DNA of 64,000 nt, from the NCBI RefSeq assembly GCF_964355755.1, contig NC_092674.1, positions 15,934,001 to 15,998,000 on the forward strand. The letters are read 5' to 3'. This document shows, piece after piece, positions 39,401 to 53,400 of the stretch (position 1 is the stretch's first letter; the number at the start of each line of letters is the position of its first letter). The stretch is from Antedon mediterranea (Eukaryota > Animalia > Echinodermata). A program made the position numbers and the translations under genes. The notes below the pieces were generated by a model. It ran no database searches and was not told the origin of the DNA. It saw nothing but the letters and a program-made list of their open reading frames with translations.

Positions 39401-42400
39401 AATGCCATTATTTGTACCATTACACTGATAAACATTCATTATTTGTATACTTTAATATGATTGGTAAATTATGCATCACGTAACATTTGGAATTAGCCCT
39501 ATCAAATGAAAGGGATATCTAATGTTGATAATTAACGGGGTCAAATGCATGTTCAGCTTTCTGTAAACATTCAATTCTTTATGATGGATAAATTGAATAA
39601 CTGTAGGTTTGTCAAAACAAATAATGAATGTTTTGTATTTGTTGAATAAAGAAAATATTTCATTTGATGAAAAATTGACTGCTCCATTTTAAACTCATAA
39701 AATATTCTTACCATCAAACTCATAAACATTCATTATTTATATACTAAAACTACTGTACCATCATAACACAAAACATTAAACTATACTGGTAATAATACGA
39801 AAAATAAACAAGATGCTGGCAAATTTGAAAAAAAAAGTTGTCAATTAAAGAAACATACGCTGTTTGTGAAATTTCATGCTTTGCTAATGCCTTTGTAAAC
39901 TCTGTCAGTTGTTCATGGTGATAGAATAGCCTAACAAGAGGACATGCTGCATCAATGCGTTCTCTTACAACTTGGCCTAATATATATGCACCACTTGAAG
40001 AAGTAGGCTAAAAGAGAGAACAAAAACAAAATATGTACTGTAGCATTTCAGGTTATTTAATCAATTCTGAGATCAATAATCGCTTTAAAACAACAGAGAA
40101 TGCATGTAACTTTAATTTTAATGTTTGATGCAGACATTTTATCAAACTTACCGATATTTCTGGTGATTTTAAAACAATATCCCTGAGCTTGTTGTAGTAT
40201 TTGGATGGAAAAACATGATCTTCTAAGTAATTGATTCTCACACGGACAGAACCAATGTCATTTTTTTGTGATCGGTTCACAATATTTTCCCTCGGTTTTA
40301 AAAAATACCTAAAAATAAATAAATTATAGAAAACGTTCTATTGTATCTGTATGCTGAAGGATCGATGGCCATATTGGATTACTTTTAATGCTAGAAGTTT
40401 TTGTTTACACTTACCATGCTTTATGTGTTGCTGTGGACATATCTATTGCACTTAATGGAATCTTAACTTCACCAATGAATACCTCACCAATATGTGCTGA
40501 GCTTGAGTTCCACACACTTATTCTGAAAACAATGCAATATAAAATAATACAACAATCATTTAATTATCATATGTAAAACATATTACATTGGCTGAAACAG
40601 AATAACTTGTAAACTTATCATCAACATGATGATAAGAAGTAATCTTGATCAACCTTAAGTGTGTGCCATTTATTATTGTTCTAGCCTAGTTCTTGATCAA
40701 CCTTAAGTGTGTGCCATCTATTATTGTTCTAGCCTAGTTCTAAAAATATAATATTTGTGATATGGACCAATTAATTTCATTCAGTGAACCCTAACCTTAT
40801 TATTTGTAACATTGCACTCATAAACATTCATTATTTATATACCATTACAAACAAATAGTAAGCCATCTAAACCAAAACCAATTGTGTAAAATAACTACAG
40901 CACAAATAAAATCAACTAGTAGGTATCCTCTTATAATGATTGTAAGGTTCGGGAATCAAAAAGATAATAAGGTAATATAGTACAATGCAGTATACACAAA
41001 TATATAAATGGATGTATAGTGCTGATGGGTACATTATACAGAACTTATATTAGAAGGAAGATAAAGTTAATAGACATACTGTATTCTTCTTTATAATTTC
41101 AGTGTCTTTTTTGTTTTAATTCTAAAAGCAAGCAATTTTAAATAAAAATGTACAGTCATCGCAATAGTAGTGCTCACTGTAAAATGAATGTTTGAAAAAC
41201 ATGCAGTCACAAAACAAACCCAGAATCTTGTTAACATAATAATTTGTAATATACATCTGTATCTTTGTTCTTGTTTTGTTTGTGTACTGTAAATATATTA
41301 AAATAATAGACGTTTATTATTTTATTGATTAATATGTCAGTTTTTTCCGTCCTCATTTTTGGGCATAATCCTGCATTTCATAGTCGTCTGGTAAATTATC
41401 ATGTTTTGTAAAAGCTTCCAAAGTATGTTAATATCATTTCCGACTAGAGAACAGTGACTTAGTCGAGTCTTGATTTGTGGTGGTAAGAATGTTTGGTGGT
41501 TTGTCTTTAAGATGAACAACAATGTATGTTTTCTGTTGGTGTAGTAGGCCTAATTATTAAGAAGTAAATATGACAACTTCATTCTCCTTGTTTGTATCTC
41601 CTTGTAGGCTTACACCCCTTGAAATATACATAAAACCTAATGCAAAATATAATTTTGGCATAATGTGCTTTACAATATTTCATATCATAAAACCCTACAG
41701 GGAGCTAATGAAATGAGAAGTCTCTCTTTCTTAGTCAGGCATTATATCGCCCTAAAAGTGGGCCGAATCGTCCCGTCACACCTCGGTCAAATCCCGCATT
41801 TAATAATTAATATTGCTAATTACCTGAGTGACTTAATTATGACGTAGGAAAAGGCCGAGAATTTACGAAAGCAGCGTTTGGCAGTTGCAAAGAAATTGGC
41901 CTAAAACTTTTTCATACAAATTTGCCATTCTAATATAGACTAACGAATAGAGGGGAATTAAAATTGTCCACAGTTCAAACGGCGCTATGATCGGACTAGG
42001 AGGATTTAGAGGAACACATTTTGGCTTAGTGCTATTATATTATAGATTTGTACAATTTATTTAACATTTATAAACTTTAAAATCATAGGCCTATTATCCT
42101 TATTTAGAAAAAATAAAAAAAGGTTAAATCCTATTCAGTATGTCATCATGATTATAATACTATATAAACCCCATGGGTTAATTTAAAGTAGTATTAAGAT
42201 GTATTGTCCCCCAAAACATGAAAAATGAAGATTAATTAAATCAGACTTTGAATCTTATTTTGTAGTTTTAATAAAGTTAAAGCCCCCTTCCTAGTCTGGG
42301 CTCCAGACGGAGTTTTTTCTTAATATTAGTAAAAATATAAATATTTTTGCACATATGGCGTTTCATACGTGTATTACTTGAGTTTGGATACTCCGTCTGG

Positions 42401-45400
42401 GGAAACACGCAAAAGTCACGTGGTTTGACACCAAGAATTCTTGGTGCATAGATTATCCGGTTGACTAGTTTCAGCTGCATGCGTTTGGCTACTCACTCGT
42501 ACACTGTTTTAATATTCATGTTTCAGAATTTCAAAGACTCAACAACTAAGAAGGTACGCATGCGCTATGTTACGTTTAGACAATTATGTGTACTTGGGTA
42601 CATTAATGAAAGTTTCTGAAGGCTAGAAATGATTTTATACCGTATGCCTAGTAGTAGTCTGGTAAACATTTGATGGGATTTTTCCCAAGAAAACTCGTCT
42701 TGCTTCTCCGCAAATCAAACATTGAATGGATCATTTAATATTACGCGGAGATAATTTGATTTAATTCCCACCCAGACCCTGTCCTGTTCTGTGTAGTGGT
42801 GTACAACTCCCTGGACTGGTGTAGCCCTGTCTGTTGTGTGTGAATCCTGTTGTGTGCCGGTGGTGGTATGTAGGCCTACCTTATTGGTGTTTTATTTGGC
42901 AGGTCATACGTGCGAGTTGAGTAGGACCTACGAAGGAGGCCTAGGCTAAGGACTAAACAATTAATAAACAAAACAACTTGGCAACACGATTTCATATTTC
43001 AACAGTCTCGATCGTACATTCAGCACTGTACGTACTCGATCTTTTTTATTTTGAAACAAAATGATCATTGGTTGATTCGAAATCCATATTTACATACCGC
43101 CCGCCCCATATAGCCAAATACGGTATGATAACCTACGTCATTCTTATTGGATGTTTGCGGTCTGCAAATCGATTTCTATACGTGTTTCACAAGTCTGTAT
43201 TTTCAGACAAAAATCGCGGTCGAAATAAAAACAAATAAATAAAAATAAAAAACAATACAGACTTGGGGCAAGTCTACCCCCTTCCCTACGTTTTTTAAAT
43301 CTAATTTAAGATCACAAACTATATCTAATGTAAAAATAATACTATATGGTCCTATTGCGATAATTTTTTCGTCGTTAAACGGTTAAAAATATGAAAAATA
43401 AGTTGATTCTAATAATTTTAGCGGCCCGCTATAAATCCCAAAATGCATTGCACGCGGATTGATATTCTTGTTTTTCTTCTGTAATTCACCCACTCGATCG
43501 ATCGTGAGGCCAAAACAAATGGAAGACTCCTAACTTTTCAGCGAAAATACTGGGTTTTCCCCAATTTGTATAACAGAGTCTGGCAAAAATAGAAAGACAA
43601 TTAATGCAGCAACTATACAACGTCAGGTATATAGCTAGCGTACGATGTTCGTACAGTACGTTGCCGGTGTTTACCAGCCAGCCCTACAAAACTAAGCCTA
43701 GCTAGACTAGGCCTAAAAACCGTCCACGAGAGGTCATTCACCGCGAGCTACTAGGTAGTGCATTGTTTCTCACTTTTTATCATAATTTACCACATTTGCC
43801 TTCCAATCCCAAGGTCCCGGGTTCAATCCTGACCTAGTGCAGGGTTGTAACTCATGACTCTTTCAACTCCACTCCCTAAGCCTCAAATGAGACTTAGTTT
43901 ATAAGCACGATAAATTATTAAATAGTTTATCCATCCTGTAATTGGCGAGTTACTCGCTGTTGGATGAGTATGAATAAAAAAAAAAAAAAAACAAAAAAAA
44001 AACAAAAAAAAACGTACATTTAAGACAAGCAATGACCTGGTTTAATGTTTTTAAAGTAATATATAATTATGTATTATTTTTACAAAACAAATTCACAAAT
44101 TGTAGGGAAGGGGTCTTTAATTACCGTACTGACGCGGATATAAGCCCACCCCCCTTGAACATGAAATCACGTCAAGTTTGAGGGTTGGGCTTATACCCGA
44201 GGATCAAAAAATGTAGATCGTCAAAAACAGCACATGTACACTGTGTATTCCACCATGCGAGCGAGCGCCCTCACGTGTATGACGTTGCCTCTAAATACAC
44301 GAGGTGTGGAGTGTCGGAAAATTAAGCTTATAGTTCGTGTAATTTATCGTAGAATTTCTTATTTTAAACATCAATTGAACAAGAATTTATCAAGCAGAAA
44401 AGCAAGTATACAATGTTTATTAAATAGAAATGTACCAAAGAAATTTAATAAGCTTGTTTATGGCAGCCGATACCAAAAAGTGGTTTGCCGTTTTGGCGAC
44501 TTGTAGCGTCGTGTGTGAAGCGACCTTCGACCGCTATGGAGTGTAAACAAAACAGGACCGCTAGGCCTCATATGGCCTAGCGTATATTAGCCTAGCTTGG
44601 TTATGATCAAAGGTAGGTGTATTCGGTGTATGGACGTCGCCAAATACAAAATAATGTATTACGACACACACTGTAGATCTTCGAATTAATGGGTGGGCTT
44701 ATACCCGAGTGCCTCATTTTTCATGAAAATTAGTCAAAAGTCGAGGGTGGGCTTATACCCGAGTATGGGCTTATACCCGAGTCAGTACGGTACTTCCATA
44801 GGAAAAAAATCGAATTCCACTTGTAAAATTACAAAATAAATGGTTAAATTCAACCAAAAATCTATTGGCTGGCAGCCAATTTTACCATTTTTTGCTTTAA
44901 ATTACATTTTTTTCAGGTAATTACATTACGTTTTTTCGATCCAATTTTTGGTCAAAGTGTTATGTTACATTAATATGGAATATTCAACAAAAAATGTTTA
45001 AAGAATTATTTTTTCAAGAGGACAATACATCTGTATTAGGAAGAACAAGGAAGACCAACACTCACATACATTGATGCCCTAGAAACAGATACTGGTAGGA
45101 AATATAGGATAAGAAATTATGGAGGAATCTAATCATATTTATTATAAGTTTGGGTATGTCCCGAAGTAAGTAAGTAAGAGTAATGGGTTTAATATTACAT
45201 GCAATAATCTTACTTGAGTTCAATTTTTGTAAAATCCTCTTCAATTGGACTAAACTGGTACTTTTCACCATGAGAATTGGCATGTTTCACCAACTGTGTC
45301 AAAAAATCAAACATTTTATTTTCAACTTTTTATTTATTCATTCTGAAGTTTACAAAAAGGATAAAAACACATTTAGGTCAAATGTTAATTTACTATCAAA

Positions 45401-47415
45401 ACGTTTTAGAATGAAATTCCTCCAACTTAAAATGTAATTTATGTTTCCAGTTTGAAATGAATAATGTAATTGCTCAGATGCTTGACATACTCTGACTTAA
45501 TTTGTACGTATGTAATAAGTACATTTAGAACTCTCGGGTGTAAACAATTATTTTAGAGGTATGAACGCCAGGCTAGTAATCTGGAGATTTAAGTATTCTT
45601 AGTATAAAGTACAAATTAAGTATGGCAAGCAAACACCCTGATGCAAAGCTAGTTTACGTAGTTGCAAACAATTAAAATACTGTAGAAGTGGTTTGGTAAA
45701 ATAATGACAATTTAAAAACTCCATGTATAATTTAATAATTCAACAACATTGCATATTAGGTTGTGGCTAGATCTGCAATTATATAGTAAAACAGTAATCC
45801 TTTGAACTTGAAGCCATGCTTATCAATTTGTCTTGAAATGAAAGAATGTTCACATACCTCAAAAAAGAATGTTTCATCATATAGCGGATGGTCAGATTTT
45901 CGTTTAATTTTAGTTTTCTTGGTTTCAGTCCTGAAATGGTTGAATTATATATATGGTATAAAATAAAATGCCTGTTTAAAGTTTACTTAACACTTAATAG
46001 CTTTCCAACCAATGTTGCATCAAACAAAAATCTAAATAAAACTAGATTTAATTCGTCACTATGACGAATTATAGGTTATATGCATTGATTTAAATAAAGA
46101 TAATTGATTTTTAAAAGATATATTGATTGATTGATTTTCTCAGAATCTTTAATTATTTATAATATATGATAGGACCTTGCTAACGCGGACACCATAGCCG
46201 GTATCACAATCCGATCAAAGATCCATATGCGTATAATGTCATAAACCACATTTGTTGTTACATAATAATAAAGACATAAGTTAATTTTTATCTAGATTTC
46301 ATTATAAATCATGTGTATAATCTATACACTAAGAAATAAATTTGAACAAACAATACGGATAATAAAAAAAAAATCTTATTTCGTTTCCCAAGGTGAGACT
46401 CGATCTCGGTACCTTGAATGCCATAGACACGAGCACAGACCATCGAGCCATACACAACTGACTAAAAGTTGTAGAAAAATTCCTCTGTGTATTTACTATG
46501 CAGTAACCACTTTGGTGCAGATAGATTATTACATACCGAAATGAATTATAATTTTTTACTATGATGACATCTTTAAAATGTATACAAATGATGCACTGTC
46601 AAACTACATACTTTTAACTTTAATATATGAATTTTTGAAGGAAGAAAGTTAATGTTAAGTTTGTTATTTTGGCCTAAGAAAATGTCATAATTTGTTTGAT
46701 TGTCGAAATTATTTTTTTTAAATTTAATATGCAATTAATGATGACTTAATCAACTTTTGTTCTTTTTATTTGATAATAAATCATACATATGATACATACA
46801 CTTCAAGAAAATGAAATAAAAAATAGGTGTTCCCCTGCATTCTGACGATATATATTAATTTTAAAATTTAGCATATTTTCACCATTTTGTTAACTTATAC
46901 GTGCGTAGCCAGTCACTTTTGACGTGCTCGTATAACGCAATTTCGAGTTGAAACCTGAATCAAATATGATATTATTAAAGAAAGAGTGCGCATTAACGTT
47001 TAACGCGCAGTGCGCGTGCAAAAATCTGCGCACTCATGGCAATTTTTTAAACGCTTAAAATTGCCTGAAACATACTCTAATTTCATCGAAAATTAATTTT
47101 GACAATTTTGAACATATTAAGCGCGCGTACGCAAGCGTTATATGCGCTACGCACGTAATTTTATTGCCATATGATGAAATATGACCTGAAATTTATGAGT
47201 ACCAAATTTGTTTAATTGTGATTCATGCTTGTGAAGATATGATTACAAACGTGATTTCGTAAAATCGCGCGTAGACCGCGTAATTTTTGATTACGCATCG
47301 TGAAAATATAACCACATCGATTCCTGGCCATGAGGAATATACTCTTAAAACTTGACTTAGCTAGATTAAACTGATGCCAAGATAATGCACGGACAAAATA
47401 GTGCTAAGGAAAGAA

Positions 47416-47470
<55 letters not shown>

Positions 47471-50400
47471 AGATTTTGACAGAATCAAGAGGTTATATGC
47501 ATATCATGCATATAACCTAATAATAATGAACAATATAAACATCATCATTCATTGTTTCAATCTGACTCAATCTGAAACAAAGACTACAGACAATATTGGA
47601 AAACATGATAGTAGTGAAAAATGACAATCAACAAATCACAGCTTTTGCATCACTTTATTTGTTTATTTCATTGCTATTTGAATTACAGTAAAACATCTAT
47701 TTCATGCACAAAAGCAATTTGTGTCGGATTCATTCTAGGCAAAGATTAACTTCAATAAACAACAATTTTAACGTGAATGTTTTTATTCGCTTTCTTAGTG
47801 AGTGTATGCTTAAACGTGGTTTAAACTTAAAGGCCAGGGTTGGCATTTATCAATATTTGCTTATTTTTTTGCTTAAGCTGAAATATTTAAAAAGTGCTTA
47901 AGCAAATAACTTAATCTTATTTATCAAACCGTCTTAGCAATGTCTTAGCAGAAAAATTGTCTTAGGTAAATTTTACTTTGCACATGCGCAAAATTAAACT
48001 CTAGAGGGCAGCAAATTATGTCTTAAGACGAAAAATCCTTGCTTACGCGTGCGCATTAGCTTTTTTCTCTTAGCGATGGCGGCGCTATAACATTTTATCT
48101 CCGTGTTTTCACTCCCAACAAGGCTACTATTGTTTTTATTACTTGAAATAGAGAAAGAGCACAACAGTCGGAAATACATACGAAAATCATTCGCTTTAAA
48201 CTTAAATCAAATCAACATTTATTTATTTTTATAAATGACAGCGACCCTTGGCAGTCAATACAGTTTTCTAAAAGTTAGTCAAATGCGTCGTACCTATCCC
48301 GAAAACATTAGTTTTGCTTGTCCAATTTCTAGGCCATCTTTACGAAGATAGATATCATTATTTTAGCGTCCGTAGTACAGCGGAAAACGCACTAGCGTAG
48401 CCTTTCCGAATGTTCAATGTTCCGGCCAAGTGCGCTCGCGTTGTCAAAAAACTGTTGCAGAAATGAGATAAGACGAAATTTTCCATCTTAAGGCAGGGTG
48501 TTGTTCGTCTTAGATTTAAGACAAAATTAAGCAAATTTTTTTGCTTAGATATATTGAGGAGTTGGATAGCCGAGTGGTTAGGACACTTGACTGTCGTACA
48601 GATAGACCAGGGTTCAATGCCCGACAACTCCCAGTTCACTCAGCTGTAAAATGAGTACCTGGTTGAAAATACTAGGCGTGGAAAGGAACTGGCCACCCTA
48701 CCACATAATGCCGAGGCTTAGTACAATGAGCTCCTAACAGCTCATTCCCTTACGTTCAGAGAACACGGGACTCACCTTTACCTTTTATATTGATAAATCT
48801 GACTTAAGCAAAATCAAGGATTTAAGGCAAAGTTAAGACAATTTTTTTGCTAAGCAAGTTTGATAAATCCTGGTGTATATAAATTTATGTGTTATGTTAA
48901 AATCGCATGTACTGTAACTTACTTCTTTTTTTTTTTTACCATATTTAATGAGGGTGTCCATCCAGCAATTGCTGATCATTAGGGACCCTCAGAGGTTCAC
49001 AAGACAAACATATACACAAGATGCTCTACATAAACAAAGTCTTAACAAGTCTTTGGGAGTGGAGTTGTCATTTTGTCCTTAGAAAAAATCCTGACATGTG
49101 ACGGGACTTGAACCCAGGACCCTTGAAGTGGTAGCCAAGCATCATAACCACCAAGCCACAACTCCACTCCACTCTAGTATTAGAAAGTTGGTGTACTTGC
49201 GGTACTGACTTACCACCTAAACCAGTTACTAATTTATGTACACATAGACAAATATCAATTGGCTACATATTGGAAGAAATCACCCATTCATAAATAATTA
49301 ACACATTTTGTCCAAAATCCATCTATTTTGACTAAAATTCAACATAAACTGTTTCAGCAAAATGTTGTCCTAATTTGGTAGAATTTCAATGTGACTGTTA
49401 TGAAGTACGGTACTATAAAATAAATACAAAGATATAATAATTTTTATTTATTTTTTTTTTTTTGCCAATTATACCTACCTTGTAGGTGAAAGAAATGTTA
49501 CAGTGGCAAATGTGTCACAGTGCCTGTTAACAATTGTTAGGTTACTTCCTTCAATTACCCTAAAAATAAAACATACAAAATAACCATTGATAAATTGTAT
49601 AACTAAGTAGATTGATGTACACTATCCCATATTTTTTGGAATAAACCCCATCCCCTCAAAGAAACACTTCCTCCACACAACTAACAAAAAACTATATTAC
49701 TGCCTACAAACCACAGTTTTTATCCGATTCTCACCAAACTTAGCCACAATGATCAATGACTCATCATATAATTGTGGTTACATTTTGAAGGGTCAGGGTC
49801 AAAGATCAAGGTCCACAAAAAAAAAAGAAATAAAAAAATAATAAAAAAAAAAAACCTCAGCAGGGCTTGAACCAGCGATCTCAACTGTGAGAGGCTGGAT
49901 ACATAACCATTAAACCAAACTCTCATCCACAACTTTATAGTGTGCATTTAGCCTATTTACACTTGGAAATAATAAAAAAAAAATTAAAAAATATATATAT
50001 TCCGGGGACATTTTATGTAGGGGAATTTTACCGTAGGCGGAGGTTTGTATTCTCGGAGTACCCTCTAGTTTATATTATTATATATTTATTTTTGTTCAAT
50101 GATAATTTATTTCTTTTCTTTCAAACTCTTATAAAAAGAATATAAAATGTCCATTTATGAAAGGAAACATGTTAAGTTCACACACCGAACTGATACTTTG
50201 TTTACTGATGTTCCATTATCTCCATTCAAGGTTTCTCCACACCTTATTTCCACATGAACCTTGCCCTAAAAAAGATAATAACCTTGTAATACAATAAGTC
50301 TATTGTGTTAACATTTTAACATTATTGAACAACAAATGAATACATTAAAATTTATAAATAATAATAATATTAATAATAACTCGTTATTAACGTTCTCACA

Positions 50401-53400
50401 GCCCTTTTAAATGCTGGGTACAGCAAAGACAACAATATTCATTTTAATAAAATGGGCTATTATTTAGACGGGATTTAAACATTATTAATGAGCTAATTAT
50501 GTCATTATGGATGGGACAGTAAATTATTCAGTAACAGTTTAGTTTCTATGCAATGTTAAATGCAACCTTTTTATTTACAATAAAAAATATGAATTATAAA
50601 AATAATTGAAGATTATAAGTGGATCGTTTGAACAATCGTTTGTATCACACATGCGTATAAATGATGAAATATGTGTATAATTAGAAATACTGTAAGTTAG
50701 TTGCAGCAAATTATACGGTAGACGAAAAAAGGTTGTCACTAGAAAGGTGTATACTGTGATCAACGCTCTGTTGTGCGTTGGTGTATAGACATGCGGTATT
50801 GCATGTATGAAATGAGCGACAATTATGTAAGTCAATTGGGTTGAGGGCGTTTATAGTTTGTTAATTTGCATGATTCGCCAGTGTTGAGGGCGAATGTTAA
50901 ATGTGTTATTATTGTTGTTCTGAATACATTTTGGATGTGTTATATCTGTTTACTTACACTAGATTAAATAAAACACAAAGCTTATAAAAGCTTTATATAC
51001 AATTAGCAGGAGTTGTTATTTTCTTCTGTATTGAGTTTCCTGACACACCAATATGGGTAACAAAATATATTTATTTAAAAAACTTACTGATTAAACATCA
51101 TTTTTTTTTATATTTAATATCTTTATCTATAGATAACCATTTTAAGTTTATACAAACATGATCAAACAACTTTGTATACAAAATGTAAAAAAAAAAATAT
51201 AGGTATCCCATTTTCAATAATCTCTATCTGTGTGTTAACATGAATTGAATGTAAACTAGACATGAAACTCGTCACTTTGACGAGTTAGTTATCCGCACCA
51301 CGACAAACGCCACGTGCACGTCTTACGTTGGAATATTGCACACAGATAAAGATTATGGCATTATGACAAGAACTGAAGAATATGATATGCTGTTAGTGCT
51401 GAATTCTGTCAATTTTGTGTCATATAGTATATACATGCAAACAGTATAATCTGTATACATATTACATACAGTGTAGAATAGGTGAAATTACGGGACCCGC
51501 CATTTATTCCAATTTTTAACATGGCGACGGTATCAAAATGAAACACTTAGATAGCAATTTCAGAAGGAAATTATCTCAGGAACAACATATTAACGTGTAG
51601 AAGAAATTTGAATACGTAAAATATAGATGCGCACCCTTTTAAATGTGATGAACTATTACGCAAAATATGAAAATACGACTTTTTTTATTCAACTGGCCAT
51701 ATGATGACGTCACAACATCCGATTGGCAAAATGTTTACATGAATTCGTATCTACAATCCAATAGCTTCCATAAAACGTTTTAATCGTGATTATCACATTT
51801 TATTCTTACGAGCTATTACAGATTAAAATTTACTGTAAAGATGAAATTAATGACCCACGTAATTAAAATTTTTAGGCATGATGACGTCATAAAAATTAAA
51901 ATATTTTTATCTCATGCTAAAGAAAGTTGATTGACCTACACAATATATAAATGTAGGAGAAAAAGGAATACAGATAAGCGTGATGCGCTCCATTGAATGT
52001 GATGAGCAATAACGAAAGAGACAAAAATCCTATATTTTACATTCGTGTGGCCATACGATAACGTCACAATGTTTTTTTAGCCTTATCGATGCATGATCCG
52101 ATATCTACAACTCATCAACTTCTAGATTTTGTAATAAAAATAAACGGTTCACGGTTTACTTTAGAAACTATGACTGTTTAAAAAAAGACATAATTTTGAC
52201 GATTTTTTAAGCTTTTTCATAAAAAACGCGCATGAAATGTTTAATTCAACGTGTTCGTATGGCGTTATTTAAATTGGAAAAGGTCTAAATTGTTTTCAAA
52301 ATTACTAGGAAAGGCTTGAAAAATATGATTCAAGGGAAAAAAATATGTTTTTAACGCTACGTGCGCACCGCGTGCGTAAAAAATTGCGCGCCCGTGGGAA
52401 TTTTTGACATGCTCAAAATGACAAGAAACGCATAAAAAGTTGATTAGAAATTAATTTTGCGCATTTTGAAATTTTAAATGCGCGTGCGCGCGTAACTTCT
52501 TGTGAAACATGCCATTTTTAATCCGTAGAAAGTTTGCCCCTGATATGACTTAAATTTTGTCAAAGTGTCAATACTAAATGACTTTTAGTTTTTAATCTAT
52601 GATCAATCATTGAAATTCATAAAATTGCGCATAAGTTACGTTGCGCAACTATGACGTCATTCAAAAATAGGAGGTGCACAACTTCACGTAAATGCCCATA
52701 TGTTGTCAAAGTTATGAAATGTTATGTTTACACATTTTAGAGAAACGCGATCCACAAAAAGGAAGGATGGAAAGAAGAATAATACAGAAAAAAACTGTTG
52801 ATCTCATACAATAACAAGGAGTTATCCGCTTGGTATACCAAGCGGATAACTAATTAATATTTACTTGTTACTATCATTATAATAATAACTTATTTAAAGA
52901 CATTTGTCATGACAACTATAAATGACATTGTAAGATTTCTTTGAAGCACTGTTAATGAGCAATTTTTAGTCACTTCCTATCCTGTCAAATTATTAATATC
53001 AACAATTCAGATAAATATACATACGGTAACACACAGGTATACGTATATTTATTTATGTATAAATTTATGTAAGGGAAAAATTTGGTAAACCGTCGCCGTA
53101 GACTTCACATATAGAACTGCATCGAGACTCTCAACTCTTAAATTATCTGTTGATGAGATCATGAAATTATTAACTATGCTGGATAAAAACAAGGCGATGG
53201 GACCTGATGAAATTCACAGTATCATACTAATAGAATCTGCTGAAATTATTGCACCCCATTTGACAAAGCTTTATAACTTCTGCATAAGCCAAGGATATTT
53301 TCCTGTGGAATGGAAAAAATCAAATGTCATTCCTCTGCATAAAAAAGGCAATAAATCCCTTATTGAGAACTACCGCCCTATATCCATACTTTCCAACTTT

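Larger units (their letters stand above)
42281..44116. mobile_element. Second Kolobok-like MITE copy, interrupted by an Academ-like element and a SINE
   Basis: TTAA|AGCCCCCTTCC...GGGAAGGGGTCT|TTAA; body matches 9518-10143. Confidence 0.85.
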
